From: Nitrosopumilaceae archaeon
GTDB lineage: Archaea > Thermoproteota > Nitrososphaeria > Nitrososphaerales > Nitrosopumilaceae
Reading direction: 5' to 3'
Assembly: GCA_965200155.1 (NCBI GenBank)
Contig: CBDATR010000035.1
Span: forward strand, 1 to 45,612
DNA: 45,612 bases
The translations under genes were made by a program, and so were the position numbers. The notes beneath the pieces are model-generated. The model saw only the letters and a list, made by a program, of their open reading frames with translations, made no database searches and was not told the DNA's origin. Positions within the stretch are counted from its first letter, which is position 1; every line of letters starts with the position of its first letter. Below, piece by piece: positions 42,450-45,612 of this stretch.

Positions 42450-42565
42450 CAGTGCCCGAATTCGGCGCCATGCCCTCGTTCACTGATGTAATCTACCAAT
42501 TATTATTGGTACTGCCGCGGATGCGCCCAGTATAACCATAGTCATGGCGCCGAATTCGGGCACTG
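42450..42565. repeat. 23-bp perfect inverted repeat with a 70-bp spacer
   Basis: CAGTGCCCGAATTCGGCGCCATG (42450-42472) and its reverse complement (42543-42565). Confidence 0.95.
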
Positions 42566-43175
42566 ACACCGAATCGGCAGTCACAACAAGAGTAGTTCCA
42601 TCAGTGGAATATGCAAATGAGCCGTCCGGCAGTGAGGTCACCACTCCACCACTGACTGCTAGCAAGTCACCTTGGACTAATCCTTCCGGTATCCTCATTA
42701 CACCACTAGACTGGGGAGTGATAAATTCAATATACAATAGTGACTCGTATGAGTCCGTATATGCAGATAACATGGCATCGCCGGTAAATGATATCACATA
42801 ATCAGTATCGCTCACCATTACTACTCCCTCGACGGCGGTAGAATACACGAATGTAGCCTGTGCCATTTTGTCTGCATCCTGGGACAGCGCGTAATAGGCG
42901 GTAATCTGGTATGTGCCCGGCTCACTAAACTCGGCGGGTACACTATAATGCCAGTCACGTCCGTCTGGAATGACTTGACCTATGGCTACAATATTGCCGT
43001 TGGGCGCCATTACGGTAATGGTTATGGCGCCATCATGGGGCATGGCTATTATCCCGTTGATATGTATGGTCTGCCCGGGCACGTAAACATCCGAGTCAGT
43101 TGCAAAGTCAATGTGTGGTATGCTTTGCGCGTAAGATAATGGAATCATAATGGCCAGTACTATAACTGCTTTCAC
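42480..43175 (-). CDS. secreted PEFG-CTERM protein
   Basis: Signal peptide; TDSDVY.PGQTI.I.G Ig-like start; C-terminal VPEFG followed by a hydrophobic tail. Confidence 0.88.
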   Translation of the reverse strand: MKAVIVLAIMIPLSYAQSIPHIDFATDSDVYVPGQTIHINGIIAMPHDGAITITVMAPNGNIVAIGQVIPDGRDWHYSVPAEFSEPGTYQITAYYALSQDADKMAQATFVYSTAVEGVVMVSDTDYVISFTGDAMLSAYTDSYESLLYIEFITPQSSGVMRIPEGLVQGDLLAVSGGVVTSLPDGSFAYSTDGTTLVVTADSVSVPEFGAMTMVILGASAAVPIIIGRLHQ

Positions 43176-43211
43176 ATGAAATGATTATACCAGAGAGTGG
43201 TTAAAGCGTTC

Positions 43212-43796
43212 CTATGGCGCCACACACTGCACTGATACGCTGGCATCACTAGTGATAACAGTCTCATCAACAGAGCCATATTCCAGTATGATACCGGCCG
43301 CCTCATCCTGGAATGTCTCCCTGTAATCATTCACATCATGTATGGTGAAATTCAGTGTGGCCGTATTCCCGTCTGAGAGTGGCAGGCCGATCATGGACTG
43401 TTTGATTTTACAGTTACTAGTTGAGGTCAATACATCACTGCATTGAATGCCACTACCATCTTCCCAGCCTTCCTGGCTATATTGTAGATTGTTATAATCG
43501 AATGTGACATCATTTCCCAACCTGTTCAATGTGATAATGGTATCACCAATGACAAGTTCTGAAACGACCACTCGATCAAAGTCCGAGCCTAGAACATGCT
43601 TAAAGTCAACTAGAACTGTAACCATTCCAGCATAGCAGAATGCGTTGGCCCGAATAATCTCGCCCTCCTGTATCTCCATGAAATCAGATACCCGCTCAAT
43701 GAGTCCTGCGCCAAACACCAACCCCATTATCACCGTAAAGAACAGTAGAATCATCGTTATAACAAGAGTGCTGATGGCCCATTCCCGTGGTAACAT
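43212..43796 (-). CDS. archaeal pilin-like protein
   Basis: REWA/ISTLVITMILL resembles a class III signal peptide. Confidence 0.55.
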   Translation of the reverse strand: MLPREWAISTLVITMILLFFTVIMGLVFGAGLIERVSDFMEIQEGEIIRANAFCYAGMVTVLVDFKHVLGSDFDRVVVSELVIGDTIITLNRLGNDVTFDYNNLQYSQEGWEDGSGIQCSDVLTSTSNCKIKQSMIGLPLSDGNTATLNFTIHDVNDYRETFQDEAAGIILEYGSVDETVITSDASVSVQCVAP

Positions 43797-43843
43797 GCCA
43801 TAATGATATGCGCAGATAGGTTAATGGGTTCATGAAAAAATAA

Positions 43844-44635
43844 TTACAAAATCTCGGATAGATGGCGGTACTTTTTTGATAGAGTGCTAGTTGAGACGCA
43901 GGTCGCCTTTGCAATATCCCGTCGTAATGTCATATCACCGGACCGCACACACGCGAGGTACAGGATGGCGGCAGCCATTACGACTGGATCCTTACCCGCT
44001 ATCTCCATGCGGTCTATTCGTTGCATAAGTTTGACAGCCTCGCGACCGGTTCTCCCGCTTATTCCGGCTTTTGAGACTATTCTGGGTATGTATATGACAG
44101 GATCCGGTGCCGGTAATGAATGATCAAACTGCTCATATAGATACCTATATGTCCGGTAAACTTCCCGACGTTTCAGTCCGGTAGTGTTCACGATATCTAA
44201 AATGGTACGCGATATAGAGTGCTTTCTGCACGAGAGTAGTACGGTGGCTGCGGCTGTCGCGGATATTGAGCGGCCCGATAGATAACCGGACTGTACGGCT
44301 TTCTTGAACAGGTATAGGGCGTATTCGGCGCATGTATCTCCGAGGCCCATATTATCACGCATCATATAGATTAATGAGCGGGCTACCGGGATGGACTTGT
44401 TATACTTCTGTGACCACGAGTCGGCGCGTGTCATCTTTTTTTGATGATATGACTTGCTTAGTGACTTGCCGGTATAGTCAACTCTCTGGCGGCCTATGGT
44501 CGACGATGATATGGTAGAACCTGGTGTATACATGAGTGGTGGTTGCTCGGGAGTATATCCGGATACCCTTCCACAGTTACCACACGTCAATTCGTCTTCG
44601 ACATCAAGGATTATTCCCCCACATGGACATTTCAT
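43844..44635 (-). CDS. tfb: second divergent TFB paralog
   Basis: CPCG/CGNCG Zn ribbon; GRSISATAAATVLLSCR and GKDPVVMAAAILYLAC. Confidence 0.9.
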   Translation of the reverse strand: MKCPCGGIILDVEDELTCGNCGRVSGYTPEQPPLMYTPGSTISSSTIGRQRVDYTGKSLSKSYHQKKMTRADSWSQKYNKSIPVARSLIYMMRDNMGLGDTCAEYALYLFKKAVQSGYLSGRSISATAAATVLLSCRKHSISRTILDIVNTTGLKRREVYRTYRYLYEQFDHSLPAPDPVIYIPRIVSKAGISGRTGREAVKLMQRIDRMEIAGKDPVVMAAAILYLACVRSGDMTLRRDIAKATCVSTSTLSKKYRHLSEIL

Positions 44636-44765
44636 AATATAACTATGTATAAATCTGTATATAAGCGTATCTTAATCAGTTACAATACTGTAAATGGTTC
44701 ATCATATAACGGTACTTGCTCAAATATAAGTAGTACTTTTAAGGCACAATAAATCATGTTATGGA

Positions 44766-45134
44766 ATGGTATTCAGATGGATGAGGAAGAAGAAAGACAC
44801 AATCGACACAGGTTTACTATATGCTGCATCAAAGGTGGAGGAACGGGAATCAGAGCCTATTCCAGAACAGGAATCAGGTCGTATATTCGAGACAAACAGG
44901 GGCCAGTTGAAGTTGCAGAAGCACGAGATGATTCTAAGTACGAAAGAGGGCGACATCACTGTCCCGCTCTACCAGATAGAGGCATGGGATTCCTCGGGCG
45001 GCCAGTACCGTGTGTGGTACAGGGACGGGGATACTGATTATAGATTAACTTTGAAACCAAAGCAGTCACCGACCATTCTAGCCGATGATGTGAGGAATCA
45101 GATACATGAAAGTACATTTCAGGGTTACAAATAA
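44766..45134 (+). CDS. hypothetical protein (beta-rich, possibly PH-like)
   Basis: Open 122-aa ORF. Confidence 0.55.
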   Translation: MVFRWMRKKKDTIDTGLLYAASKVEERESEPIPEQESGRIFETNRGQLKLQKHEMILSTKEGDITVPLYQIEAWDSSGGQYRVWYRDGDTDYRLTLKPKQSPTILADDVRNQIHESTFQGYK

Positions 45135-45137
45135 TTA

Positions 45138-45569
45138 CTATAATTGCTGGGTCGTGTAGAGACAGTCACCTATCTTGCCGGTCACCTTGTGTTTCTGGGG
45201 AGGCCCATCCTTCTTTTGGACATGAATGATATCTCCTTCCTTTACTGAATGGTATGCTTTTACGCACCATTTCGGGCTGTCACCGTTGGGGTTCAGTGCA
45301 AAATGTGGCTTTCGTACGGTATAGAAGGTGTTCTCCTCGCCTGCTCCATCGCCTAACACTTCCTCATTCGTTCCGTTCCTGGATGTGACCTGAACCTTGT
45401 CGCCGGGGGCGGCCTGTTCATCTGTTATGATTACCCACTTGTCATTATCATTCTTCTTGAATCGGCCGGTAATGACAGGTGCATCAGTCCAAGAGAAGGA
45501 GAACTGTCCTGCCACCGTCAATTCCAGTCTTGCGTAATGGGCGATATTATTCATGTCCATCACTTTCAC
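45138..45569 (-). CDS. hypothetical protein with a duplicated small beta domain
   Basis: KWVIITDEQAAPGDKVQVTSRNG and KWCVKAYHSVKEGDIIHVQKKDG. Confidence 0.6.
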   Translation of the reverse strand: MKVMDMNNIAHYARLELTVAGQFSFSWTDAPVITGRFKKNDNDKWVIITDEQAAPGDKVQVTSRNGTNEEVLGDGAGEENTFYTVRKPHFALNPNGDSPKWCVKAYHSVKEGDIIHVQKKDGPPQKHKVTGKIGDCLYTTQQL

Positions 45570-45612
45570 TACATCACCTTCCTTCGCGTTTGGGATGGAT
45601 AATAGAAAGATG

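Noticed and set aside
1-45612. tRNA, rRNA or att site marking the island boundary
   Set aside because: None was recognisable by eye; a tRNA or covariance-model scan would be needed to exclude them.

Overview
Nitrososphaerota (thaumarchaeal) DNA, judged from a Nitrosopumilus-type thermosome subunit, a long thaumarchaeal-type ThyX and a PEFG-CTERM protein. It shows heavy decay, as expected for a host-associated lineage (inference). 1-9.2 kb is mostly IS debris (IS66, IS5/ISL2-type) around the thermosome gene, plus a broken helicase-nuclease restriction gene. From about 9.2 kb the window looks like a large virus- or ICE-like accessory island: two divergent TFB paralogs, thyX, a pyrD pseudogene, a PD-(D/E)XK exonuclease, a PAPS-reductase-family protein, an S1C protease, a crotonase lacking its catalytic Glu, DNA methylases, a VirB6-like coiled-coil protein, a pilin-like protein and an FN3/cadherin surface protein. 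Main signals: (1) a tnpB gene enclosed by 15-bp terminal inverted repeats with a TA duplication at C-TA-G, i.e. IS630-style ends; (2) a private promoter-like motif GACC-N4/5-TTTTA found 11 times, often 27-32 bp before island start codons including a TFB paralog whose BRE-reading helix is altered; (3) 13 copies of a 92-bp IS66-derived MITE with 8-bp TSDs, two forming a composite transposon; (4) a poly-G frameshift switch in the adhesin signal peptide; (5) a 23-bp inverted repeat bracketing a PEFG-CTERM anchor; (6) recurrent palindromic GAA..TTC scars in decaying DNA. No tRNA, rRNA, CRISPR array or integrase was recognised. All family calls are by eye, without database searches.
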